Below are positions 40,435 to 49,765 of a stretch of 64,000 bases of DNA, piece by piece. Made by a program: the position numbers and the translations under genes. Below the pieces are notes generated by a model. It worked only from the letters and a program-made list of their open reading frames with translations, was not told the origin of the DNA and did no database searches. Origin of the DNA: Candidatus Saccharimonadota bacterium (GTDB lineage: Bacteria > Patescibacteriota > Saccharimonadia > Saccharimonadales > JAICHO01); NCBI GenBank assembly GCA_025924835.1, contig JAICHO010000001.1, forward strand, positions 2,553 through 66,552, in the 5' to 3' direction. Each line of letters opens with the position of its first letter. The stretch's first letter is position 1.

Positions 40435-41874
40435 TTAAAATTCGGTGGACTTAATGACACTTATGGGGGCGAATTTGGTAATAATACCCGTTACGCGGTC
40501 AGTTTGAGCCTGCACGGTCGTACCGTTCTGTGAGCGAGCTAAAGCGTCGGCGGCTTGGTCAAGCGGATATAATTTAAAGTCATGTCGGGCTAGTAGGTCC
40601 GCGTGCGACTGATTTTTCTTTTGGGCCGCCGTCCATTCGTAATGCATATAAAAAGGTAGGAGTTTAGGATTTTTAATCTGCTGGCTGGCAACATCAACAT
40701 CCATGATTGCCATACCGCCAATTAGATTTTCTATAGGGAGCTGGGAACTTATAAAACTACCCAGCGAATACCAGACCAGCGTTTGATGCCCGTCGCTACC
40801 ACTTAAGACCTTAGCCGGTTGCAGTACATGCGGTCCGACGCCAACAATCACATCCGCATTATAGCTAGCCAAGGTTTGGGAAATACGGTCCTGGTCAGCG
40901 CTAATATCACCGCTGTTTTCATTGCCCCAACTAATGCTGACGATAACAAAGCCGGCATTCTTGCGAGCCTCTTCAATTTGTTGTTTGGCGAGAGCATCGT
41001 TATACATATTGACACCGAAAGAAGTGGTCTGCGCGTTATTTGTACGCGTCGTGTATGACAAAAACGCGAACTTCACGCCTTTTACCTCAAAATATCGGAT
41101 TTTGTTTTGCTCCTCGGCGGATCGGTTGGCGCCCGCTACCGCTAGTATGTTTTTTTGACTATCCCAGCCCGCTAGCATGGCGTCAATTGCCGGTTGTCCT
41201 TTGTCATTGGTATGATCGGTGCCAAGATTCATGACATTGCAGCCAACCGCAGCAAAAGCCGTAGACCAGGCGGCCGGAGCATTAAAATTAGGATACGTGC
41301 TAATCCCCAGTCCTTCGCCGCCGGCAGGTGATGATTCGTTGCACAGTCGTATATCCGACTTATCAAAAAAGGGCTTCAGACTGCTCATAAGTGGCAGGTA
41401 ATCATAACCGCCGCTGGGCTGTTTGGCGGCATTATTAATCGATTCAAACGCCAGGTTATCCCCCGTAGCAACCAAACGTATACTTCCAGACGGCTGTGGC
41501 GCGGCGGCCGTAGTAGGTGTTACATGTACCTGGCTGGCTGGTGGAGCGGCCTTCTTAAAGTACTTATCGTACGAAACAAAAGACGCGCTGGCAGCTAAAC
41601 CAATCAGTAGAAGAAGGATCAGAACAGTTCGGAGGACCTTGGTCTTCTTGCGTTTTTTAATTGGTTGCGGCGCTCTGGCAACAGGTGCTGTGGGTGCGCT
41701 TGTCTCGGGCGCCGGAGACGGCTGCAGGTTACTAGCTGGAGCTAGCGGGCGGGGCGGCGGTATCGTACCCAGGCGGGATGAGCCCGCCCGTTGCTGTGGC
41801 CGCCCATAATAACCGGGAGCCGATCGCTGGCTCCCCCGAGCCCCTCTGAACCGGCTGCGAATATCATCATCCAT
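40435..41874 (-). CDS. CapA family protein with N-terminal basic/Pro-rich segment and TM
   Basis: VATGD, NESS, TDHTND, SWGNE, GPHVLQP, YSLGSFIS. Confidence 0.88.
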   Translation of the reverse strand: MDDDIRSRFRGARGSQRSAPGYYGRPQQRAGSSRLGTIPPPRPLAPASNLQPSPAPETSAPTAPVARAPQPIKKRKKTKVLRTVLILLLLIGLAASASFVSYDKYFKKAAPPASQVHVTPTTAAAPQPSGSIRLVATGDNLAFESINNAAKQPSGGYDYLPLMSSLKPFFDKSDIRLCNESSPAGGEGLGISTYPNFNAPAAWSTAFAAVGCNVMNLGTDHTNDKGQPAIDAMLAGWDSQKNILAVAGANRSAEEQNKIRYFEVKGVKFAFLSYTTRTNNAQTTSFGVNMYNDALAKQQIEEARKNAGFVIVSISWGNENSGDISADQDRISQTLASYNADVIVGVGPHVLQPAKVLSGSDGHQTLVWYSLGSFISSQLPIENLIGGMAIMDVDVASQQIKNPKLLPFYMHYEWTAAQKKNQSHADLLARHDFKLYPLDQAADALARSQNGTTVQAQTDRVTGIITKFAPISVIKSTEF

Positions 41875-41942
41875 CTCTACCTATTATACCTAAAAAGCAT
41901 GAGAGGTTTTAGGGCTTTTTAAGTATGGAACATAGGCTACAA

Positions 41943-42344
41943 TTACTGTTTTTTTCTATCCAGCCTATCCAATTTAAGACCTTTGACTACAAAATAGACG
42001 GCCGCGGACACGATAATAAAGCTCATGAGGGCATTAATAAAACTACCGTAACCGAGCTTACTCTTACACTCGCTGCCTATGGTTTTCAGACAGACATAGC
42101 GGGTGCTAAAATCTCCGCCGCCGTAAAGCAACCCAATAAGTGGGCTAAATATATTTTGGACCAGGGAGTCCACCACGCTTTTGGCCGCAACCCCCAAAAT
42201 TAAACCAACCGCCAGTCCGACTACTCCTTGCTCGCGGACAAAGTCTAAGAACCCCTGTATCCAGCCAGGTGCCTTAATCGGCGGAAACACAATAACAACT
42301 TCTTTGCCGGTGTGATGCTTGGTAACAGGTGGCTTATCGGACAT
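41943..42344 (-). CDS. mscL: MscL family mechanosensitive channel
   Basis: FLDFV..QGVVGLAVGLILG...VDSLV..IFSPLIG...YGSFINA. Confidence 0.9.
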   Translation of the reverse strand: MSDKPPVTKHHTGKEVVIVFPPIKAPGWIQGFLDFVREQGVVGLAVGLILGVAAKSVVDSLVQNIFSPLIGLLYGGGDFSTRYVCLKTIGSECKSKLGYGSFINALMSFIIVSAAVYFVVKGLKLDRLDRKKQ

Positions 42345-42345
42345 G

Positions 42346-43587
42346 TTATGACTCCTTTTTCCGTGACATTTTAGCATCTCTGGTTTCTAGGATCCGCCGC
42401 ATGGCCACTGCCATAGCCGCTTCTTTTAAGGATACCTGCGCTTTGTCAGCATATTCCAGAGCCTTTTTGGTAGCCGGTATTAGGTACCCTTCCAGCTTTT
42501 CGTTAACTTTGGCTTCTTCCCAGTGTTCGCCCGCACGGTTTTGCAACCATTCCAAGTAGCTTACTATAACGCCGCCAGCATTAGCTAAAATATCGGGGAT
42601 GACTGTAATGCCACGGCTCGTTAACAGATCATACGCGCTATCTGATATGGGACCGTTAGCCAGTTCGAGTATGATTTTGGCCCGCACGGTGTCAGCGTTT
42701 TTTTCTGTAATAACATCTCCCAGCGCGGCTAAGACTAAAATATCTGCTTCTTCTGCCAGTAGCTGGTCGTTGGTAATTGTTACCGCGTCTTCGGCTTTAT
42801 GCTCATTCAGTTTACCGCCTTGTTTTTTATATTCAGCCAACTCATCAGGGTCAAGTCCAAAAGCTGAGCTTATACCACCACTGCTGTCCGTGGCCGCAAT
42901 TAACTGCAAATTTGGCAGCATCTGACCGGCTATAACTCCAAAAAATAAACCTACATTTCCAAAACCCTGTATGGCGTATGTCAATTCTTTTTTATCTGTT
43001 TTTAGATGCTCTAAGACTGTTCTTAAGGCTATGACGCCGCCTCGGCCAGTGGCCGCTTCACGTCCATTGCTACCACCTTTTGCTACGGATTTGCCGGTAA
43101 AGCTGGCTTTCGTGGTATCCCCGGTTATTTGCTCGTACTCATCAGTCATCCAATCAATAATCTGAGAGTTGGTGTTCACATCAGGTGCCGGTATATCTTT
43201 ATCGGGGCCAATGTGCGGATGCAAATGCCGTACATAAGCCCGGGATAATTCTTCCAGCTCGGCTTCGCTTAACTTGCGCGGATCGGTAGCCACTCCTCCC
43301 TTTCCGCCCCCCAGCGGCAAACCTACAGCGGCGTTTTTTAGGCTCATAAGCGTGGCCAGCGCCCGCACTTCGTCTAAGTCTACCCCTGGGTGAAACCGGA
43401 TACCGCCCTTGTACGGCCCGAGCGTATTCTTGTGCTGTACCCGGTAAGCTTTATGCGTGGTGCCGTTTTTAAGGGTGATATCAAAGATATGTTCCTGATC
43501 GATGCTAAGCAAAAAGTCTATGTCTTCTGAGCTAAGGCCCAAAGACTTCCCTACCCGCTCAATCAAATGGTGTGCGCTCTCCAGCAT
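42346..43587 (-). CDS. gdhA: Glu/Leu/Phe/Val dehydrogenase
   Basis: GPYKGGIRF, GGGKGG, DIPAPDV, QGFGNVG, ANAGGV. Confidence 0.93.
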   Translation of the reverse strand: MLESAHHLIERVGKSLGLSSEDIDFLLSIDQEHIFDITLKNGTTHKAYRVQHKNTLGPYKGGIRFHPGVDLDEVRALATLMSLKNAAVGLPLGGGKGGVATDPRKLSEAELEELSRAYVRHLHPHIGPDKDIPAPDVNTNSQIIDWMTDEYEQITGDTTKASFTGKSVAKGGSNGREAATGRGGVIALRTVLEHLKTDKKELTYAIQGFGNVGLFFGVIAGQMLPNLQLIAATDSSGGISSAFGLDPDELAEYKKQGGKLNEHKAEDAVTITNDQLLAEEADILVLAALGDVITEKNADTVRAKIILELANGPISDSAYDLLTSRGITVIPDILANAGGVIVSYLEWLQNRAGEHWEEAKVNEKLEGYLIPATKKALEYADKAQVSLKEAAMAVAMRRILETRDAKMSRKKES

Positions 43588-43639
43588 CTTAAAACCTCCA
43601 GATAGTAGATTTGATTGTACGCCTATAGCTGCGACTTAT

Positions 43640-45130
43640 CTAGAGGCTCGTATGTTGACGCAAAAAGTCCTCTGCCCGATAATAAATTATCCGTTTGTGG
43701 TCAGCATCCAGCCGCTTAAGCCGCTGGGCCATAACCCGCATCCGTGGGTTCTTACTGAGGCTTAATTCGTGTTTCTCTATAAACCGCCAAAAAAGGCCGT
43801 CCCAAATGTCAGACCAGACACCACGCTGGTAATCACTAAGGCCCAAAATATCATTACTGGGACCAACATAGGCCTTGCAATCCGCAGCATTTTCATGCGC
43901 GTCGAACTGGCTCAGACTGTTCACGTTTGGCACGACCGTCCAATCATAGGCGTCAATAAATAACTCCTGGTGCCACTGGTATATTTGAGAAGGCTCAATT
44001 TCGCATAATATCATGAGGTTACCGGCCAGTTTTCGGCGCTCGGCATCATGGGCATAGGCGTGTTCGCGCAGCTTTTTAATCATATCGTCCAAAGGCGGCA
44101 ACCCGGTTGTGCCGTTGTACCACGCACCGGTCAATTTACGATGATGATTAAATGGATTTTGTTGGCGCAGCGGAGTAGTCTGGTTCAGATATATGCCACG
44201 AACATACTCACGCCAGCCTAAAATTTGGCGAATAAAACTTTCTAAACTCTGCAGTGGCACTGGCCGCTCAGCATGCCGATCCAGAGCTGCCTGAATTACC
44301 TCTTGCGGTTTCAAGAGCCCTATATTTAGACTACCCTGCAGTAAGCTATGGTACAGCCAAGGTGATTGACCGCTCAATGTTTCCTGATACGGGCCATACT
44401 GGTCGATACGATTTTCAAGGAAATCACTGAGCCAAATCTGAGCTTCGGCGTGGTTTGTGGGCCACATAAACTCCGAGCTGCCCGGGTTATCCGGAAAGTG
44501 TTCGCCCGCCCAGGCAAGTGCCTCGGTCACAAACTTATTATCACCAAATACCGGAAAACTGGGCAGTACGACACCAGTGGGTAATTTCTGGGGCGTGGCC
44601 GCAAAGCTCCATTTGCCGCCCACAGGTTTATAGTTGTCCCCTATAAGCACGTTAAAACGTTCCCGCTGCCATTGATAAAAATCGGCAAAGGGATGTTTAT
44701 GGCGCTCATTAAAATACTGTCTTACTTCTTGCTCCTTCAAATAAAAATTTGGGCTGGGCAGAAAGGTAATAGTAGGCAGATCAGGCTGTTCGCGTCGTGC
44801 TTGCAGCAAGCGTTTTGTCAGCACGTCGTCGGTTGGATCAATGATAAAAATTTGATCAGCTTTATTCACACGCCTCAGAATATCGCCGCTTTTAGAAAAG
44901 ACGTCCAGATCAATATATTCAGTCTTAAAACCAGCCGGCCACAGGACCTCCTCGGCGTAACGCCGCATGCTGGCCCGGTGTAAAATAAGTTTTTGTTTAT
45001 GTACCCGCCGCGGAAACTCGTTATCTACTCCAAAATAAAGCGGCTCGTTAATCATGACAATGGTGTCAACCTTGGGCAGGTCACTTAAGCGATAGAGTTG
45101 GTGAGGATATAAAAGCAGGACGGATTTCAT
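43640..45130 (-). CDS. Cryptochrome/photolyase family protein (DPRP/PhrB-like, divergent)
   Basis: YPHQL, HKQKL..HRASMR, FYQWQR, PVGGKWSF, RQILGWREYVRG, FIDAYDW..VPNV. Confidence 0.88.
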   Translation of the reverse strand: MKSVLLLYPHQLYRLSDLPKVDTIVMINEPLYFGVDNEFPRRVHKQKLILHRASMRRYAEEVLWPAGFKTEYIDLDVFSKSGDILRRVNKADQIFIIDPTDDVLTKRLLQARREQPDLPTITFLPSPNFYLKEQEVRQYFNERHKHPFADFYQWQRERFNVLIGDNYKPVGGKWSFAATPQKLPTGVVLPSFPVFGDNKFVTEALAWAGEHFPDNPGSSEFMWPTNHAEAQIWLSDFLENRIDQYGPYQETLSGQSPWLYHSLLQGSLNIGLLKPQEVIQAALDRHAERPVPLQSLESFIRQILGWREYVRGIYLNQTTPLRQQNPFNHHRKLTGAWYNGTTGLPPLDDMIKKLREHAYAHDAERRKLAGNLMILCEIEPSQIYQWHQELFIDAYDWTVVPNVNSLSQFDAHENAADCKAYVGPSNDILGLSDYQRGVWSDIWDGLFWRFIEKHELSLSKNPRMRVMAQRLKRLDADHKRIIYYRAEDFLRQHTSL

Positions 45131-45181
45131 AATGATTATGCTTATTGTAACGTACCGCGGCGTCTCCAGATAGTGAGAAGT

Positions 45182-45814
45182 TTAAGGCGTAGCAATGAGT
45201 ATATCCAGCAAGTCGGTTGGGTGACCGGCGACCGCATCAGGCGCCATGTTTTTAAGGATATTGCTGGTCTGTAAGCCCCAGCTCACGGCGGCGGCTTTTA
45301 CACCCGCCCGTTTAGCGGCTTCAATATCACGAACCTCGTCTCCTACCATCCAGACACTATCCGGTACATACTTATGCTTGGAGATCAGGTGCCGAATAGC
45401 ATAGTGCTTCCCAAACAAAGCCGAACGCCGCAGTACCATAACCTTGTCTTCCAGTTTATAACGGCCCAAAACATCTCTTATAGTTTCAGGGTGATTAGTG
45501 CTGAGGATATAAAGATTGTTACCGGAAGCCGCCAGCCGCGTTATCACTTCCGGTATGCCGTCAAATAATTTAATATCTTTGCTGTGTTCGCGAAATCGCT
45601 TTAACCCTTCGCGCATCAGGCCCGGGATTTGCCAGGACTTAAGGCCTATCCAGCGCTGTAATTGTGTTGCCTTAAGCCCGCGCAAACGCTGATATTCGGT
45701 TTCGTTCATGTGAGGCCATCCATTCTCGGCTGCCATTTCGTTATAGACGGATCTAATTAACGCCGAGCTATCCGCGATCGTACCATCAAAATCAAAGATG
45801 ATGGTTGTAGACAC
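45182..45814 (-). CDS. HAD hydrolase (Gph-like)
   Basis: FDFDGTIADS, LSTN, VGDEVRDI. Confidence 0.9.
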   Translation of the reverse strand: MSTTIIFDFDGTIADSSALIRSVYNEMAAENGWPHMNETEYQRLRGLKATQLQRWIGLKSWQIPGLMREGLKRFREHSKDIKLFDGIPEVITRLAASGNNLYILSTNHPETIRDVLGRYKLEDKVMVLRRSALFGKHYAIRHLISKHKYVPDSVWMVGDEVRDIEAAKRAGVKAAAVSWGLQTSNILKNMAPDAVAGHPTDLLDILIATP

Positions 45815-47490
45815 TACATGTGCTCCGGGGCGGGAATATTCAGTAATTCCAAGCCTTTTTTTAAGGTGTCGGCGTACGACGTGACTAATTGCAGGCGCAA
45901 CTCTTGGCGCGGATCGTTTAAAACCCTGCTGTGTTCATAAAAGCGGTTAAAAACCTGGGCTAGTTCATACAAATACGTGCATATATGATGCGGCATTAGC
46001 TCGGCGGTAGCTTTATCTACGGTTTCTGCATATTCACTGATTTTTCGTACTAACTTCCGCTCTTCAGTGTCCAGGGCTGGAACACCTGGACTGTCTGCTG
46101 AAGCGGGGTCGGACTTGGCTAAAATAGAACGTGCCCGCGCATGCGCATACTGCAGATACGGGCCGCTATTGCCCTCAAGCGCTACGGATTCAGCCGGGTC
46201 ATACACGATGTCACCGCCAATGCGTTGTTTAAGAAAGGCGTATTTTACTGCCGCCAAAACTGTTTGCTCATTATCATGACCCATAGCCGCTTGGTTTGCT
46301 TCGCGGGCGGCGTCCAAAATATCGGTCGCACGCAAAATATTGCCTTTGCGACTGCTCATTTTGACGCCACCGGGCAGCTTAATGACCCCGTGTGTAAAGT
46401 GCTTGCTCCGGCTGACCACTTCCGGATAAAAATGTTCCAGGGCCTTAAGGACAACCTTCATATATTCCACGATGTCGTTAGCGGTAATAATAACACTCAG
46501 GTCAAACTGGTATTCCTGCCATTTACTGGCCGCCAAGCCCAAATCTTTGGCTTCGTACGTTGGCAAACCACCCGAGTTAATAAACACTCTGGTGTGCAGG
46601 TCGTGTGGCTCGCCCTTAAATACAATAGCGCCATCGGACCGCTCAAATACGCCTTCACGTAATCCCTTTTGCACCATGTCTATGCCAAGCTGGGTAACCG
46701 TACTTTCGGGTACATATTTTTCGAACTTACTAATATGCAGTTGTTCATAAAACATGTCAAAGCCGTCGTAGCTCCACTGCCGGCATGTCCAGTAAATTTG
46801 GGCAAAAGGCGTATCATGATCATTCCGAGCATGCAGCTCATATACCTGCTTATTTACGGCAACTATCTGAGCTTTAGCCTGCTCATTTTCCTCATACGCT
46901 GTATTACCTTCTATGTAGCGTTCGCTAAGCCACTCGAGCCTAGTAACCGCCTCTACGGATTCAAGCTGCTCTGGGTGCTCACCGCCCACAAACCGCAAAA
47001 TCGCCCACATCGTCTTACCAACATGCAATCCAACATCGCCACCGTAATTTAGCCTATGGACAGTTGCGCCAGCATTTTCCAGCAATTTGGCAATAGCGTC
47101 GCCCGTGATGGTGGTGTATAAGTGCCCCGCATGCAGTACCTTGAACGGGTTAGGGTCAGAGTACTCGGCTACGACCGTCTTACCCGCTAAGCTCTGAGTT
47201 GGTTTGCTTTGGGCACCTTTAAGCAGCGCCAGATCACTTAACCTAAAGTTAATAAACCCCGGGCCAGCGACAGCGACCTCTTCAATATCGCTCATCTTCC
47301 CTTTAACATGTTCGGCTATTGCCTGGGCAATCTCTCTCGGATTGATATTCAATTGTTTGCTTAAATGCAACGCGACATTGGTTGCATAATCACCAAATTG
47401 TTCATCCGGCCGTGTGAGCTCAACAGCTATCTCAAGCCTATATAAAGCTTGGCATGCCGTAACAACCGCTTGTTCTATTTTCTGTCTCAT
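45814..47490 (-). CDS. argS: Arginine--tRNA ligase
   Basis: FGDYATN, GPGFIN, PNPFKVLHAGH, KMSSRKG, GPYLQYAHAR; start MRQKIE at 47490. Confidence 0.97.
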   Translation of the reverse strand: MRQKIEQAVVTACQALYRLEIAVELTRPDEQFGDYATNVALHLSKQLNINPREIAQAIAEHVKGKMSDIEEVAVAGPGFINFRLSDLALLKGAQSKPTQSLAGKTVVAEYSDPNPFKVLHAGHLYTTITGDAIAKLLENAGATVHRLNYGGDVGLHVGKTMWAILRFVGGEHPEQLESVEAVTRLEWLSERYIEGNTAYEENEQAKAQIVAVNKQVYELHARNDHDTPFAQIYWTCRQWSYDGFDMFYEQLHISKFEKYVPESTVTQLGIDMVQKGLREGVFERSDGAIVFKGEPHDLHTRVFINSGGLPTYEAKDLGLAASKWQEYQFDLSVIITANDIVEYMKVVLKALEHFYPEVVSRSKHFTHGVIKLPGGVKMSSRKGNILRATDILDAAREANQAAMGHDNEQTVLAAVKYAFLKQRIGGDIVYDPAESVALEGNSGPYLQYAHARARSILAKSDPASADSPGVPALDTEERKLVRKISEYAETVDKATAELMPHHICTYLYELAQVFNRFYEHSRVLNDPRQELRLQLVTSYADTLKKGLELLNIPAPEHM

Positions 47491-47553
47491 TGCATTAACT
47501 ATAACAGAGATCACATGCAGTTAGGTGCCGAATGCTCGTGCTTGTTTTGCTGT

Positions 47554-48024
47554 TTACCTGCCGGTTCTAAGTACATATCTGACTTTCTTGGGTAAGGCAA
47601 ACACCGGCTCGTAACCGGATGCCACAAACGCAGGGGCAGTTTTGCTATTACAGTCGGCGACACAGCCTGCCAGATCAGGCCAGGTATCAAGCACTCGTTC
47701 GTTAATGCTCGCCGCCAATAATCTGCCTAAAGACCTGTGAGGATACCCCAATTTAACAGACAGCCCGCCAAGTACTGCGAACTCTTTTCCCGGTGGCGCA
47801 GCAATACCCGCGATATCCTCCCCGGCCAGGATTTCTGTACAGGCAACATAGCCGATTGCCGGGGCGCCATTACCCACACCTTCCGTCAAAAATAGGCCTA
47901 GCTCATGACTGCTAATGCTTGCAAATGTCAACGCTTCCTGTGCCGTAACAGCCAAAAGCGCAGAGCAATCCACCAACTCGCCTAAAAAGCTATGGCTATC
48001 CACTATAAAAAATTCGGTACTCAT
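47554..48024 (-). CDS. GNAT-like hypothetical protein
   Basis: LSVKLGYPHRSLGRLL (motif A-like) and CNSKTAPAFVASGY (motif B-like); GGAG SD. Confidence 0.6.
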   Translation of the reverse strand: MSTEFFIVDSHSFLGELVDCSALLAVTAQEALTFASISSHELGLFLTEGVGNGAPAIGYVACTEILAGEDIAGIAAPPGKEFAVLGGLSVKLGYPHRSLGRLLAASINERVLDTWPDLAGCVADCNSKTAPAFVASGYEPVFALPKKVRYVLRTGR

Positions 48025-48039
48025 ATATCTTCTCCAATT

Positions 48040-48068
48040 AAAAAAGCTCCTGGAATAATCCGGGAGCT
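48040..48068 (-). terminator. Intrinsic terminator (attenuator) upstream of GNAT-argS
   Basis: Minus strand AGCTCCCGGA-TTAT-TCCAGGAGCT followed by a T-run. Confidence 0.8.
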
Positions 48069-48087
48069 GTCTGAAGCCTTAAATAGT

Positions 48088-48162
48088 TTAACAATTACAA
48101 GGACAGCCCCCGTTAATACGGTTGCTGCGGCGGATAATATCAGTATATGACTTACAGATCAT
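48088..48162 (-). CDS. Putative attenuator leader peptide MICKSYTDIIRRSNRINGGCPCNC
   Basis: 24-aa ORF 7 nt after TATAAT, with Arg codons CGC CGC..CGT, overlapping the antiterminator arm GGGGCTGTC. Confidence 0.6.
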   Translation of the reverse strand: MICKSYTDIIRRSNRINGGCPCNC

Positions 48163-48193
48163 GACCTAAATTATAATATAATGTTGTAGATTG

Positions 48194-48874
48194 TCAATTT
48201 TTAGCCTGACCATTTGGGTCAAGTGCGCATACAAATTCCCAGACGACTATATATATGCTTCCCAGCAAGGCAAAGAACGTCAGGGTTGTCACTAGTACCT
48301 GCGGATGCGCGAGCGGATTAATAACGCGCTCCGATACGTCAAACAAGATCCCTGCCGGATTCACCAGCACGTCCCACGTGTTCCAGCGCAAAGTCCGGCC
48401 CAAATAAATCGCAAAGCTCGTGATTGCAAACACTACTCCTATTATGGTGGCCGCAATAAGTCGTCCCCTCCTTTTAAGGATGGCCCTGTGTACCCAGACA
48501 ATACTTAACATGCCAGCCACTGCACCATTCCATATACATGACAAAAATAGTACTGCATCAAACAATATTCCTATATCACCGGTATTCTGCAAATGAATGA
48601 GGTCGCTCATCAGATAAAAACTATTCGGTAAAAAGCCAAGCCACAAAAAAGTTAACGCTATGGGTATTGGTTCCTTCCAGCTCTTGTGCTTAAGCTGCCG
48701 CCTTAGCAGTAAAATGAATATAATCGGCACCCAAGCCAGTAACAGATTCCACAATAAGAACCAGTAATAGGTGCTATGAGTCGCCATTATCCTCAGCCCA
48801 AACAGCACGACACTAATTAGATTGGATATAAGTATGGCTTTTGCGATCCGAAGCCTGGCGGCAAGTGTTGCCAT
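48194..48874 (-). CDS. DUF1361-like membrane protein
   Basis: WNLLLAWVP, FLPNSFYLMSDLIHL, IYLGRTLRWNTWD. Confidence 0.85.
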   Translation of the reverse strand: MATLAARLRIAKAILISNLISVVLFGLRIMATHSTYYWFLLWNLLLAWVPIIFILLLRRQLKHKSWKEPIPIALTFLWLGFLPNSFYLMSDLIHLQNTGDIGILFDAVLFLSCIWNGAVAGMLSIVWVHRAILKRRGRLIAATIIGVVFAITSFAIYLGRTLRWNTWDVLVNPAGILFDVSERVINPLAHPQVLVTTLTFFALLGSIYIVVWEFVCALDPNGQAKN

Positions 48875-49021
48875 AATACTGTTCTATTATAACATCCGGG
48901 AGTAACGAACAAGACCGTTGGCGCAGGCTAAGGTACCCGAATAGCAAAAATATTACAGCTTCTTGTTGTCCTTTGCTTTTATACTGTCAACTCATACTTG
49001 TCTAAAATAAGGGAGACCGTG

Positions 49022-49576
49022 GTGCAATTAATGGTTATCAATGGCAGCGTCCGCGAAGGCCGAGCGGCTGATAAAGTCCAAGCTTGGGCACTGGAAGTCT
49101 TAAAGCAAATTCCTGGCCTAGAAACTGATCTGGCCGATCTCAAAGAAATTGACCTGCCATTTTTTAATGAGCCCGTCATCCCATCTATGGCCAAGGGTCA
49201 GTATCAAAACCCTAAAGGCACCGCCTGGGCCAAGCGTGTTGCCGAAGCTGAGGCGTTTATAATGCTAACCGCCGAATACAATTACGGACCGACAGCGGTC
49301 TTAAAAAACGCTATAGACTGGGTGTATGAGGGCTGGATGAACAAGCCGGCCGGTTTTATCAGTTACGGCGGCGTGGCCGCCGGTACCCGAGCGGTTCAGC
49401 AACTGATACAAAACTTCGTAAACGTTAAGCTCTTTCCGATTTCGGGCAATATCCATATCCCCCATATCCGTCAAGCCTTTGACGACCATGGGCGCCCTGT
49501 TTACTCCGGCCTGGACGAAAATTTGAAAACGTTGGTTGCCGAGCTTACCGATTTGCAGAAACGCCTTTCCCGGTAG
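49022..49576 (+). CDS. NADPH-dependent FMN reductase
   Basis: NGSVREGR, EYN, LKNAID, SYGG..AG; GTG start after GGGAG SD (track start 48998). Confidence 0.92.
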   Translation: MQLMVINGSVREGRAADKVQAWALEVLKQIPGLETDLADLKEIDLPFFNEPVIPSMAKGQYQNPKGTAWAKRVAEAEAFIMLTAEYNYGPTAVLKNAIDWVYEGWMNKPAGFISYGGVAAGTRAVQQLIQNFVNVKLFPISGNIHIPHIRQAFDDHGRPVYSGLDENLKTLVAELTDLQKRLSR

Positions 49577-49660
49577 CCACATTAACCAAATTCGGTTATA
49601 CCTGATGGCTTCACCGGCTAAGACAGCACGCGGGGAGGCTTCTAAGGTATAATGACAGCA

Positions 49661-49765
49661 ATGAATCCCGCTAGACTCCAAAGAGCTGCCTCATGTACTG
49701 GGACGGTTAAGCGCCAATATGGCTTTTCGGCCGTTAAACAATTGGAACAGTTAGATGCAATCTAA
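49661..49765 (+). CDS. Putative 34-aa leader ORF MNPARLQRAASCTGTVKRQYGFSAVKQLEQLDAI
   Basis: ATG 7 nt after TATAAT; stop 4 nt before the MKLL ATG (49770) of the next gene. Confidence 0.4.
   Translation: MNPARLQRAASCTGTVKRQYGFSAVKQLEQLDAI

Noticed and set aside
48025-48190. T-box riboswitch upstream of argS (also checked upstream of valS)
   Set aside because: No UGGNACC T-box bulge was seen and the leader is too short; a leader-peptide attenuator fits better.
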